Shown one piece after another: positions 48,113-56,238 of a stretch of 64,000 bases of DNA (position 1 is the first letter of the stretch; each line of letters starts with the position of its first letter). A program made the position numbers and the translations under genes. The stretch comes from Deltaproteobacteria bacterium. GTDB lineage: Bacteria; Myxococcota_A; Polyangia; Polyangiales; Houyiibacteriaceae. The stretch is from assembly GCA_034670305.1 (NCBI GenBank), contig JAXMNT010000033.1, positions 1 to 64,000 on the forward strand, in the 5' to 3' direction. The notes below the pieces were generated by a model. The model made no database searches. It worked only from the letters and a program-made list of their open reading frames with translations, and was not told the DNA's origin.

Positions 48113-48422
48113 TAGCAGGTCGCTGAAAAGCGACCTGCTCCCTTGCCGTTGCCCGTGCCCTTGCCCGCGTCGTGGACGCCGTGTGTTTCGCGACGGCGAG
48201 GCCGCGAATCGGAGCCCGATGCCCAGCGGACGAAGCCGCCGGGCATCGGTCGGTGCTACGCGGCGCAGCTCCGCAGCCGCGCGACGCGAGCAGGTCGTCG
48301 CGATGCTCGTCGCGCTGATCAAGCGATCTGACCGCTGGTCCGCGGGCAAGGGCAAAGGCAAGGGCAGGGGCAAGGGGCAGGCTGCGAGAACGCCCTGCGG
48401 GCGTTCTTCAGCAGCCTGCTAG
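48113..48422 (+). mobile_element. MITE-like non-coding element with terminal inverted repeats and hairpin ends
   Basis: Left end TAGCAGGTCGCTGAAAA, right end TTCTTCAGCAGCCTGCTAG (imperfect TIRs bounded by (C)TAG); second copy at 1-124; internal hairpins. Confidence 0.7.
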
Positions 48423-50338
48423 AGCGCCGTGAGCTCGTCGGTGCCGTGCACTTCGGCGTAGCCGCGGCGAACGCCGAAACACTTCTTGCGGCCCGCGCAC
48501 TGGCGGCACGCGAGGCCGCGCACCATCTCGCCGCCGTCGTAGGCTTCGGGGGCGTCGGCGAGCGCAGCGCTGTCGAAGACCTCGGGCGGGGTCAGACACA
48601 GCGGCAAGCCGCACATCGCGTCGAACCCGGAGACCTGGGTGCCACGCGCCGCGGCGATGCGAAGCCCGGCCGCGAGCGACGCCTGGATGTCCGTGTAGCG
48701 TGGAATGAGATCGGCGGTGCGCGGCACCATGTCGGTGGAAGGCGCCACGAACGAAACGCAGAGTTCGGCGCTCGGCCATCGGGTGGTCAGCAGCTCGACG
48801 AACGCGGGGAAGTCGGCGTGGTTGAGTGCGCAGAAGACGAAGTTCACCCGCACGCGCAGACCGCAGGCGACCGCCGCATCCAAACCCGCCAGTGTCTGGA
48901 CGAACGTGCCGGGGGCCTTCGTCACCGCGTCGGAGATCTCGGCGCAGCTTCCGTGCAGGGAGACGAAGAGCAGGTCGGCTCCCGCGTCCTTCAAGGAGCG
49001 CGCACGCGCGGGGTCGATGCGGGTGGCGTTGGTCTGGATCTCGAGGGTGCCCGCGCCGGCCTCGCGCGCCAGCCGGACCCAGTCTTCGAGGTGGGGCAGC
49101 AACGTGGGCTCACCGCCGGAGAGGTTGAGGTCGTCGCCCCGCACGGCGGCTTCGAGGATGGCCGCGCGGATCGCGGCGTCGTGGGCGGGCGGCAAGTGGG
49201 TGGACACAAAACAGAAGTCGCAGGCTTGGTTGCACCCGAACGCGACCCGCACCGTGCGCGCACGTCGGGGCGCCTGTCCCGGAGGGCGCTGGATCTCGTC
49301 TTGAAAGAGCTCGCGCTCGACTTGATCGGGAACACTGGAGATGACGCTCAAGCGGCGCCGCACACGGTCCTGTCCGACGGGCGCTGGTTCGGATGGGTCT
49401 CCGAACGGGAGCCCTGGGCATCGGTCGGCGAGCAAGCAGCCCGCGCACCCGTCGCGGCGTCCGTATCCCTGGCGGCGACTGCCCCCGCGCGAGAGCGTGA
49501 AGAGATGCGCCACCCGAGCGGGGCGTTCGAAGAGGCAGGGCGCGATGGGGGTGCTTGTCTCGAGCCGCAGCGCGATGCCGGCGCGACGGGCCGCGATGTC
49601 GGTGGCTTCGATCGCGCGGGCGGCTTCTTGCGCGGTGCACCGCATCTCGGGCGCCGGACCTTCGCAAGGCACGTTCAACACCAGCGCCTCCACCGGCCAG
49701 CCCGCGTCCACCAGCCGCTCCGGCAGTTCGGGCAGATGCCCTCGGTTGCGGGCGAGGACCGGGGCGGAGATCTCCAGGCGCAGGCCCGCGGACACCACCG
49801 CTTCGATGCCCGCGCGCGCTCGTTCGAAGCCTCCGGGATCGCGGGTCAGGACGTCGGCCTCGTCGCCCCACCCGGGCAAATGCACCCGGACCAAGTCGAG
49901 GCCGGCGTGCTTCAGCGCCGCGGCCCGCGCGCCATCCAGCAGCGTGCCGTTGGTCTCGAGCTCGAGCCGGCGCGCACTCGGTGTGGGCGTCGCGGTGTCG
50001 CTGGGCGTCGCAGTGTCGCTGGGCGTCGCAGTGTCGCTGGGCGTCGCGGTGCCGCTGGGCGTCGCGGTGCCGCTGGTGGCATCGCCGCGGCACAGCGACA
50101 CGATCTTCGCCAGGTCCCGGCGCAGCGTGGGTTCGCCGCCGGTGATCACCAGCACCTCCGCGTCCGACGCGGCACGCGCCCGCGCCTCGACCGCCGCCAG
50201 CGCCACGAACGCACGGCGCTCTTTCGGGCGACGGCGGTGACAGAACGCGCATCCCTGGTTGCAGGTCTCGTTGGTGTGGAGCCGCGCCACCCCGCCGCGC
50301 CCTTGCATGCCCCACGTCGAGTCCCTCATCGGATCCAC
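48419..50338 (-). CDS. Tandem double radical SAM protein
   Basis: Two CxxxCxxC motifs (CNQGCAFC, CNQACDFC), each with GGEPTL and TN(G/A)T and followed by CxxCxxxxxCxG. Start uncertain (50338/50329/50308). Confidence 0.93.
   Translation of the reverse strand: MDPMRDSTWGMQGRGGVARLHTNETCNQGCAFCHRRRPKERRAFVALAAVEARARAASDAEVLVITGGEPTLRRDLAKIVSLCRGDATSGTATPSGTATPSDTATPSDTATPSDTATPTPSARRLELETNGTLLDGARAAALKHAGLDLVRVHLPGWGDEADVLTRDPGGFERARAGIEAVVSAGLRLEISAPVLARNRGHLPELPERLVDAGWPVEALVLNVPCEGPAPEMRCTAQEAARAIEATDIAARRAGIALRLETSTPIAPCLFERPARVAHLFTLSRGGSRRQGYGRRDGCAGCLLADRCPGLPFGDPSEPAPVGQDRVRRRLSVISSVPDQVERELFQDEIQRPPGQAPRRARTVRVAFGCNQACDFCFVSTHLPPAHDAAIRAAILEAAVRGDDLNLSGGEPTLLPHLEDWVRLAREAGAGTLEIQTNATRIDPARARSLKDAGADLLFVSLHGSCAEISDAVTKAPGTFVQTLAGLDAAVACGLRVRVNFVFCALNHADFPAFVELLTTRWPSAELCVSFVAPSTDMVPRTADLIPRYTDIQASLAAGLRIAAARGTQVSGFDAMCGLPLCLTPPEVFDSAALADAPEAYDGGEMVRGLACRQCAGRKKCFGVRRGYAEVHGTDELTAL
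49984..50073. repeat. In-frame 18-nt tandem repeat x5 (TATPS[G/D]) inside the first rSAM domain
   Basis: TGGGCGTCGCRGTGYCGC repeated five times. Confidence 0.9.
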
Positions 50339-50388
50339 AGGGTAGCGGAGTTGCGAACGGCGAGGGGTCCGCCTGCTACCATGCCCGG

Positions 50389-51144
50389 GTGCCCTCGACG
50401 CGTGCAGAGCAGCTTCGGACGCAGGGGTTCACCGTCTTCGATCGGCTCTACGACGAGGCGTGGGTGGACCGGATGCGGGCGGCGATTCTCGGCATCTACG
50501 AGGACGCCGGCAGCCCCGAATGCCACGCGCACCAGACGCGGGAACATCGACCGGGGCTTCACATCGGACCGGCCGGATTCGCGATCCCACAGCTTCTCCC
50601 GCGCCTCGATCCCGACGCCCGGATCGCCCATCCGCTGGTGGTGGAGACGCTGCGCGCGTTCCTCGGCGACGCGATGCGGCTGGAGATCGCAGGCGCCGTG
50701 GTGACCGACCCCTCGCGGCCCCACTTTGGTTGGCACAACCACGTGGGTGGGCACGACGACGGCGTGTACCGAAAGCGTGGCACGTGGCCGACGGTGGACC
50801 ACGCGCGGCGGGTGATGACGTTGACCTACCTGCAGGATCTCGACGACGCGCATGGACCGGTGCGCGTCTACCCCCACCGGGTCGGCGATCCCTCGTCGCC
50901 GCCGCACGACCCGAAGTCGGCGCACTGGCCAGGCGAGGTCGTGCTGCGGCCGCGCGCCGGGTCGCTGGTGGTCATCGAAGAGTGCACATGGCACGCCGTG
51001 CAAGCCGCGACGGCACCCGACAAACGCATCTTCGTGGGGCTGGCGTACGCGGCGGCGCCGGCCGAGATCGGTGGCTGGGCGGACCCGACGATCGCGGAGG
51101 TCGGCGCGCACCACACCGATCCCTTGTTGCGCTCACTGCTCTGA
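50389..51144 (+). CDS. PhyH-like non-heme iron oxygenase (HxH...H variant)
   Basis: GF.VF..LY start, WHNHVGG.D, TYLQDL....G.VRV.P, AGS.V.....TWHA, distal Arg. Confidence 0.82.
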   Translation: MPSTRAEQLRTQGFTVFDRLYDEAWVDRMRAAILGIYEDAGSPECHAHQTREHRPGLHIGPAGFAIPQLLPRLDPDARIAHPLVVETLRAFLGDAMRLEIAGAVVTDPSRPHFGWHNHVGGHDDGVYRKRGTWPTVDHARRVMTLTYLQDLDDAHGPVRVYPHRVGDPSSPPHDPKSAHWPGEVVLRPRAGSLVVIEECTWHAVQAATAPDKRIFVGLAYAAAPAEIGGWADPTIAEVGAHHTDPLLRSLL

Positions 51145-52869
51145 CGGAGCGGACGCGCGCGGCTTGTCGCGGTAGACCTTTTCGAGCGCCTCGAGCGACG
51201 TGCCGCGGAGGCGGCGCGCGAGGTCGCGCAAGAGCTCCAGCAACGCGTCGGGCGCCTCTTTGCCGCCGTACGAGAGACCGAAGCCATCGCTCCGCACGAA
51301 GTGCGCGTTCCCCTCGAGCGGCGCGAACCGAATTTCCGTCTCGCCGAACGAGGGATGATGTACCTGCAGGCGGAGCACGCCTTTCTCGAACGCCGCCGCG
51401 ACGGCGCGGGCGGGCGACGGCAGCGCCAGGGTGCGCACGAGAGCCGCGGTGGGCGCCGACATCGGCACCGGCACTTCGATCGGCCGCGCGCGGGGCCGGG
51501 CGCCGTCCTTGCCGGCCCGCTTGGCCGCGATCTGCACGAGCTGATGTTGCAGGGCGCCGAGTTCGGCAAACGTCTCGGCCCGCTCTTGCGCACTGACCGC
51601 CGGCGGCATGCTCGTCTTGACCTGGTCGTAGTCGCTGAAGGTCTTCCTCGCCGGACCGGGCCAGTGCGCGACCCCCGCTTCGCCCAGCACCGTGCTCGGC
51701 AAGGGATGGAAGTTCGACCACATGAACGAGCCGGGCTTCAGTCGGTGAAGGAGCGCCGTCGTCGCTTTCATCTGTTCCCGCGTCTCGCCCGGCAACATGG
51801 TCATCAACGAAGCGCTCGTTTCGAGTCCCAGATCCCGGCAATCGTCGAAGACCGCTTGAAGCCGCGCGTCGCTCGTCCGGCGGTTCAGCACGTCCCGACG
51901 AAACGCCTCGTCGCCCGCTTCGATGCCGCAGTGAAAGAGCGAACACCCGGCCTTCTTGAGCAGCGTCAGGCGCGGGCGGGTCGCCGCGTTCGGATGCATC
52001 TCGACTTTGAACGGCAAGCCCACGCGCGCCGGGTACACCTCGGCGAACTTCTCGAGCCATTTCAGGTCCACCGGGAAGTGTTCGTCCCAGAACTCGAAGC
52101 CTTCCGGCCGGTACCGGTCGCGCAGCGAGACGAGCTCGTCGCACAGCTCCGCGACTGGGCGGGTGTTGCGGCGGCTCTTCTCCGAGAACCGGCCGAGCTT
52201 GCCCCACGACGGCGCCGAGCAGTACGCGCAGGAGAACGGACACCCCCGGCCGGCGCGGGTGGGCAGGTAGCCGTCGATGAGTGGACCGAACGTGTTGATG
52301 CCCGCTTCGATCGCCTCGGGCACCGATCCGAACACTTCGTAGTCCCACCACGGAAGCGCGGCGATGTCCGGCTCCGAATCGGCCGGCGGAGGATCCCCAT
52401 CCCACCCACGGTCTGACGCCGCGTCGCGAACCCACAAACCAGGCGATGTTTCGGGCGGTTCGCCGCGCGACAGCCGATCGAGCAGGCGCGCCATGGGCCG
52501 CTCTCCTTCGCCCAGGCAAATCGCATGCACCCCCGCGCACTCGGCGACCTCGCGCGGCGCCAAGCTCGCGTGGTAGCCGCCGACCACCACGGTGGCGTCG
52601 GTTGTCTGGCGGTCGATCAGCGCGTGCGCACCGGGCCAGTCCCGCGTCATGCACGAGAGCGCCAAGACGTCCGGCGCGAGCCCGTCGATGTGCGCCGCGA
52701 CGTCGTCGATCGTGTACCCGCGGAAGACCTCGAGTGCCTCACTCTCGTGCCCCTCCGCTCGAACCACTGGGGAGAGCGCCGCCACCGACGAGCTGAACGC
52801 GCGCGGTGGGTCCGTGAAGAACACGAAGAGCACGCGCAGGGTCCGCTTCGCAGATCGCGCGGCGGTCAT
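51133..52869 (-). CDS. Cobalamin-binding radical SAM protein
   Basis: B12 domain VVVGGYHAS.AP, GEGE; RGCPFSCAYC; GIEAG.E..R..VLNR; LPGET; C-terminal shared domain. Confidence 0.93.
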   Translation of the reverse strand: MTAARSAKRTLRVLFVFFTDPPRAFSSSVAALSPVVRAEGHESEALEVFRGYTIDDVAAHIDGLAPDVLALSCMTRDWPGAHALIDRQTTDATVVVGGYHASLAPREVAECAGVHAICLGEGERPMARLLDRLSRGEPPETSPGLWVRDAASDRGWDGDPPPADSEPDIAALPWWDYEVFGSVPEAIEAGINTFGPLIDGYLPTRAGRGCPFSCAYCSAPSWGKLGRFSEKSRRNTRPVAELCDELVSLRDRYRPEGFEFWDEHFPVDLKWLEKFAEVYPARVGLPFKVEMHPNAATRPRLTLLKKAGCSLFHCGIEAGDEAFRRDVLNRRTSDARLQAVFDDCRDLGLETSASLMTMLPGETREQMKATTALLHRLKPGSFMWSNFHPLPSTVLGEAGVAHWPGPARKTFSDYDQVKTSMPPAVSAQERAETFAELGALQHQLVQIAAKRAGKDGARPRARPIEVPVPMSAPTAALVRTLALPSPARAVAAAFEKGVLRLQVHHPSFGETEIRFAPLEGNAHFVRSDGFGLSYGGKEAPDALLELLRDLARRLRGTSLEALEKVYRDKPRASAPSEQ

Positions 52870-53684
52870 GGCGCACCGTATGCCCGCGCAAGCGCGGGGT
52901 GGTCGGTCAACGCATGCGCGGTCTGCTCGTCGCGGCGTTTGGTCGGAGCCAGGCCGGCGCGTCGCACGAAGAACGCGAAGAAGTACCGGTGGCCTGCCCG
53001 GCGCATGGGCGTCGCCGCGTGCCAGGTCCCTTGATCGAGCAGCACGACCGAGCCCGCCGGCGCGCGCACTTCCTTCGCGCCAGGCCACGGGACACGACCG
53101 GGCTCGTGCGGCGGTGCCGTCGGCGAATCGGCGCGGCGCGGATGCACCAGCAAGGTGCCGAACGCGTCGTCGAGTGGGGTCGTGTAGAGGGTGCACCCGA
53201 TGCGCTCCACGCCGGACGGATGCGGGTACGACTTCCGTCGCAGGTCCGGCTCGTCGATGCCGCCCGCGTGGTGGTGCCAGAAAAGAAACCCCCGCGACGC
53301 ATCGCACACGACCCCGGTGCCGAGCTCCAGTTCGAACCCCTCGCCGAGCGTGCGTGCGAAGAGATCGAGCAGGACCGGTCTCAGCAACAGGTCTGCGAGT
53401 CCGGGTGCGTGCCGCAAGATCCCCGCACACGCGAGGCCGACGGGGCTGACGTGCATGCCCGGTTCGACGTGCACGTCCTCTTGCGAAAAGAGGGGCGGCT
53501 CGCCGACCCGCCGCCAAGCGCGTTCGAGCGTGGCTTCGTACCGGGCACACTCCGCTTGCCCCACCAGCGAGGGAAGCACGGCGTAGCCCTCGGTCTCGAG
53601 CGCGCGGTGGAGTTCGGCGGCGCCGGGTGCGGACCGCTCGCGCGCCGGTTCGACATCGCGCGCCTTGGCATCGGGCACGCTCAC
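52866..53684 (-). CDS. PhyH-like non-heme iron oxygenase (HxH...H variant)
   Basis: EGYAVLP, WHHHAGGID, LY...LD...G.LLVHP, PAGSVVLLDQ.TWHAA, R.FF; GTGA/ATGA coupled on both sides. Confidence 0.82.
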   Translation of the reverse strand: MSVPDAKARDVEPARERSAPGAAELHRALETEGYAVLPSLVGQAECARYEATLERAWRRVGEPPLFSQEDVHVEPGMHVSPVGLACAGILRHAPGLADLLLRPVLLDLFARTLGEGFELELGTGVVCDASRGFLFWHHHAGGIDEPDLRRKSYPHPSGVERIGCTLYTTPLDDAFGTLLVHPRRADSPTAPPHEPGRVPWPGAKEVRAPAGSVVLLDQGTWHAATPMRRAGHRYFFAFFVRRAGLAPTKRRDEQTAHALTDHPALARAYGAP

Positions 53685-54457
53685 CGCGGGTCCCCTGGGA
53701 GGATCTCCTGCAGGAGTGGCGACGCACCCGTCACCGCGCGCAGGGTCTCGTCGTGCAGTTCGGTCGGGCCCACGTCGCCGGCCGCGAACCAGAGACCGAA
53801 GAAGATCCGCAACTCGGTGTCGCTCGTGCGCGGGAGCGCGGCGTGCCAGGTCGTCTGGTCGACCAGGACCGTGGTGCCCGGCGGCCCTTCGATCACCACT
53901 TGCCCAGGCCAGGGCCCACCGATCGGTTCCGTGCACGGCGGACTGCCGTCGTCGTTGCGATCCGGGTGTACGAGCAGACGCCCGGCGCCTTCCTTCATGT
54001 CGTCCAGGTAAACGATCATCGCCAAGCGCTGGAGCTTCGGCAGCTGCGGCCGTTCGCCGCGCCGCCGAAAGAGTTCTTCGTCGATGCCGCCGACGTGGTT
54101 GTGCCAGTCGAAGAACGGCCGAGTGTGGTTGGTGACCACGGCGCCGGTGAGTTCGAGATGGGTCCCGCGACCGAGCGCGGCTTGGGCGATGCGAACCACC
54201 TCTTCGTCGAGCATGAACGCGTGCAGTTCGGGGCTCTTCTTCAGCACCTTCGTCAGCACGAGCCCGGTGCTCGACAGCTCCACGTTCTCCGCCACCGTCT
54301 TGTGCTCTTTCGAGTACAGCGGCGGCCGACCGAGCGCCTCGTACTGCGCGACGATCGCCGCACGCAGCCGCTTCACTTGGTCGGGCGTGTATTGACTCGG
54401 CAGCACACAGAAGCCCCGCGCCTCGATCTCACGTGCGCGCACGTGGACGCTGTTCAT
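53681..54457 (-). CDS. PhyH-like non-heme iron oxygenase (HxH...H variant)
   Basis: RGFCVLP, WHNHVGGID, VYLDD....G.LLVHP, PGT.VL.DQ.TWHAA, RIFFG. Confidence 0.85.
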   Translation of the reverse strand: MNSVHVRAREIEARGFCVLPSQYTPDQVKRLRAAIVAQYEALGRPPLYSKEHKTVAENVELSSTGLVLTKVLKKSPELHAFMLDEEVVRIAQAALGRGTHLELTGAVVTNHTRPFFDWHNHVGGIDEELFRRRGERPQLPKLQRLAMIVYLDDMKEGAGRLLVHPDRNDDGSPPCTEPIGGPWPGQVVIEGPPGTTVLVDQTTWHAALPRTSDTELRIFFGLWFAAGDVGPTELHDETLRAVTGASPLLQEILPGDPR

Positions 54458-56181
54458 CCCTGCGGCCTCTCGCCGAGCGCCTCACCCTCCATCGCCGGGG
54501 GCGGTCCGAGCAGACAAGCGCTGGCGTGGGCGTGCACCACATCGATGACGCGCCGAAGTCCGACAGCGCTCGTGCGATCGACCGGCCCTTGATGGGTGTA
54601 GGCGATGCCGTCTCGTTCCACGAAGCAGCGCGGACGATCCACGGCGGGCTTGGCTTCCAGCACGACGCCACCGTCGGGCCCCTCGAGGTCGTAGAAGACG
54701 GCCGCGTCTCCCGCCCGCGCGTTGTTGAGCCGCCACGTGGGCCCGAGTTCGGACACCTCGTCGCTGAGCGTCTGCAGAATCTCCGCGCCGATGCCGCGAT
54801 GGACCACCCCCGCGTCCGCCCGGCCAGAGGATCGAACGCTCGGCGATGTGTCGTCGCGCTCACCCCTGTACTTGTCGGGGCCGCTCGACGTGAGCGCGAA
54901 CCCTACCCACCCCTCGTTGAGAATGGGCCGGTCGGCGTTCGAGGCCAGCTCGTACAACCACTGCCACGTCTCCTCCAAGTCGCGCGCCGGCCACCCATCG
55001 CAAGAACGGGTGATGAAGTCCGCGGGATCGAAATCGATGTGCAGCTCGTCCGCGCGTTCGAGAAGCGCGTCGGGCAGAACGATGCACTTGAACGCTTTGA
55101 CCGTGTCGCCCAACTCGAGCGACTTCTCGACGGTGCGTTTGAAGGAGTCGGGGTTGTCGCCGGGCAACCCGAGGATGAGTTCGATGTCGAAATCGAGCCG
55201 GCCGCGCATGCGGTCGAGCACCGTCTCGAACTTCGCCAGGTCGAATGGTCGACCGAGCCGCCGGAGGACGTCCTCGTCGAAGCTCTGGATGCCCACGCTG
55301 GCCTGCACCTGGCCGACGCCATCGAAGAACTTCAAGTGATGCTCTTCGAGGTACGTCGGATACAGGTGCCCGTGCACGATCGAATCTTTCAACACGCCGA
55401 CGTCGTTCTCCGCGGCGACCAGCGCCCGAAACGCGCGTGGGCTCAGGTTGAACGCGGCGTCCAAGAAGAAGACGTTCGGCACATTCGCCCGCTGGAGCCC
55501 CTGCAGGTGCGCGCGCAGGTAGTCGACGCCGTGCACGCGATCGGACTTCTGCTCGCCCCACTGGCAGAACGCGCAGTGGATCGGACATCCCCGGAAGGTC
55601 TCGATGTAGCCCGTCTTGTGGAGCGGGCCGACATCGAGTTGGTACGGCGAGGGGTAGTCGTCGATGACCGGCCGTTCGATGGTCGCGCTGCTGCGCCACA
55701 GGCCGTGCTGAGGCACTTCGAGTCCTGGGACCCGGCTTGTCCAACGGGGCGTCTGGTGTTCGCGCACCAGCGCTCGAATCACTTCTTCGCCCTCGCCCGT
55801 GACGACCGCGTCGAGGCGGTTGCGAAAGCCCTGGTAGAGCGGAAGGTCCAGCACCGAACGCCGGGCCGCCGGGCCGCCCGCGACCACGGGCATCTTCGGC
55901 CAACGCGCGCGGATCCGTTCGGTGAGTGCCGCGAACACCGGAAGCGACCAGATGTAGGTGGACAGCCCGATCAGGGTCGGCCCGAAGGTCTCGAGCTCCG
56001 CCATGAAGACGTCCGGGTCATCGCTCCGAAGGTCGAGCAGGAGCACCTCGACGTCGTCGAGGTCGGGGGCGCTTCGAATGGACGCGCGCAGCTTCTCGAT
56101 GCCGTACGAGAACGAGAAGAACGTTCCGTTCGGATCCCGCCACTGCGCGTCCATCGCCACCAGTGCCACTCGACGATTCAC
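54454..56181 (-). CDS. Cobalamin-binding radical SAM protein
   Basis: GLSTYIWS, VVAGGP, GEGE, IETFRGCPIHCAFCQW, LDAAFN, VGIQS, ILGLPGD; C-terminal shared domain. Confidence 0.93.
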   Translation of the reverse strand: MNRRVALVAMDAQWRDPNGTFFSFSYGIEKLRASIRSAPDLDDVEVLLLDLRSDDPDVFMAELETFGPTLIGLSTYIWSLPVFAALTERIRARWPKMPVVAGGPAARRSVLDLPLYQGFRNRLDAVVTGEGEEVIRALVREHQTPRWTSRVPGLEVPQHGLWRSSATIERPVIDDYPSPYQLDVGPLHKTGYIETFRGCPIHCAFCQWGEQKSDRVHGVDYLRAHLQGLQRANVPNVFFLDAAFNLSPRAFRALVAAENDVGVLKDSIVHGHLYPTYLEEHHLKFFDGVGQVQASVGIQSFDEDVLRRLGRPFDLAKFETVLDRMRGRLDFDIELILGLPGDNPDSFKRTVEKSLELGDTVKAFKCIVLPDALLERADELHIDFDPADFITRSCDGWPARDLEETWQWLYELASNADRPILNEGWVGFALTSSGPDKYRGERDDTSPSVRSSGRADAGVVHRGIGAEILQTLSDEVSELGPTWRLNNARAGDAAVFYDLEGPDGGVVLEAKPAVDRPRCFVERDGIAYTHQGPVDRTSAVGLRRVIDVVHAHASACLLGPPPAMEGEALGERPQG

Positions 56182-56238
56182 GCGCAAACTCTAGCAGGCT
56201 CTGCGATCGGCGGGTGGCGGTTCCAGTTTCCTGTCCGC

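Noticed and set aside
48066-48418. Short ORFs in the gap between the rSAM genes as candidate precursor peptides (48143-48331, 48183-48422, 48004-48246)
   Set aside because: They lie within the repeated MITE-like element that also occurs at the window start, and show no leader/core character.
56191-56200. CTAGCAGGCT matching the MITE terminal repeat upstream of the B12-rSAM gene
   Set aside because: Only a 10-nt match with no partner end or hairpin; may be chance.
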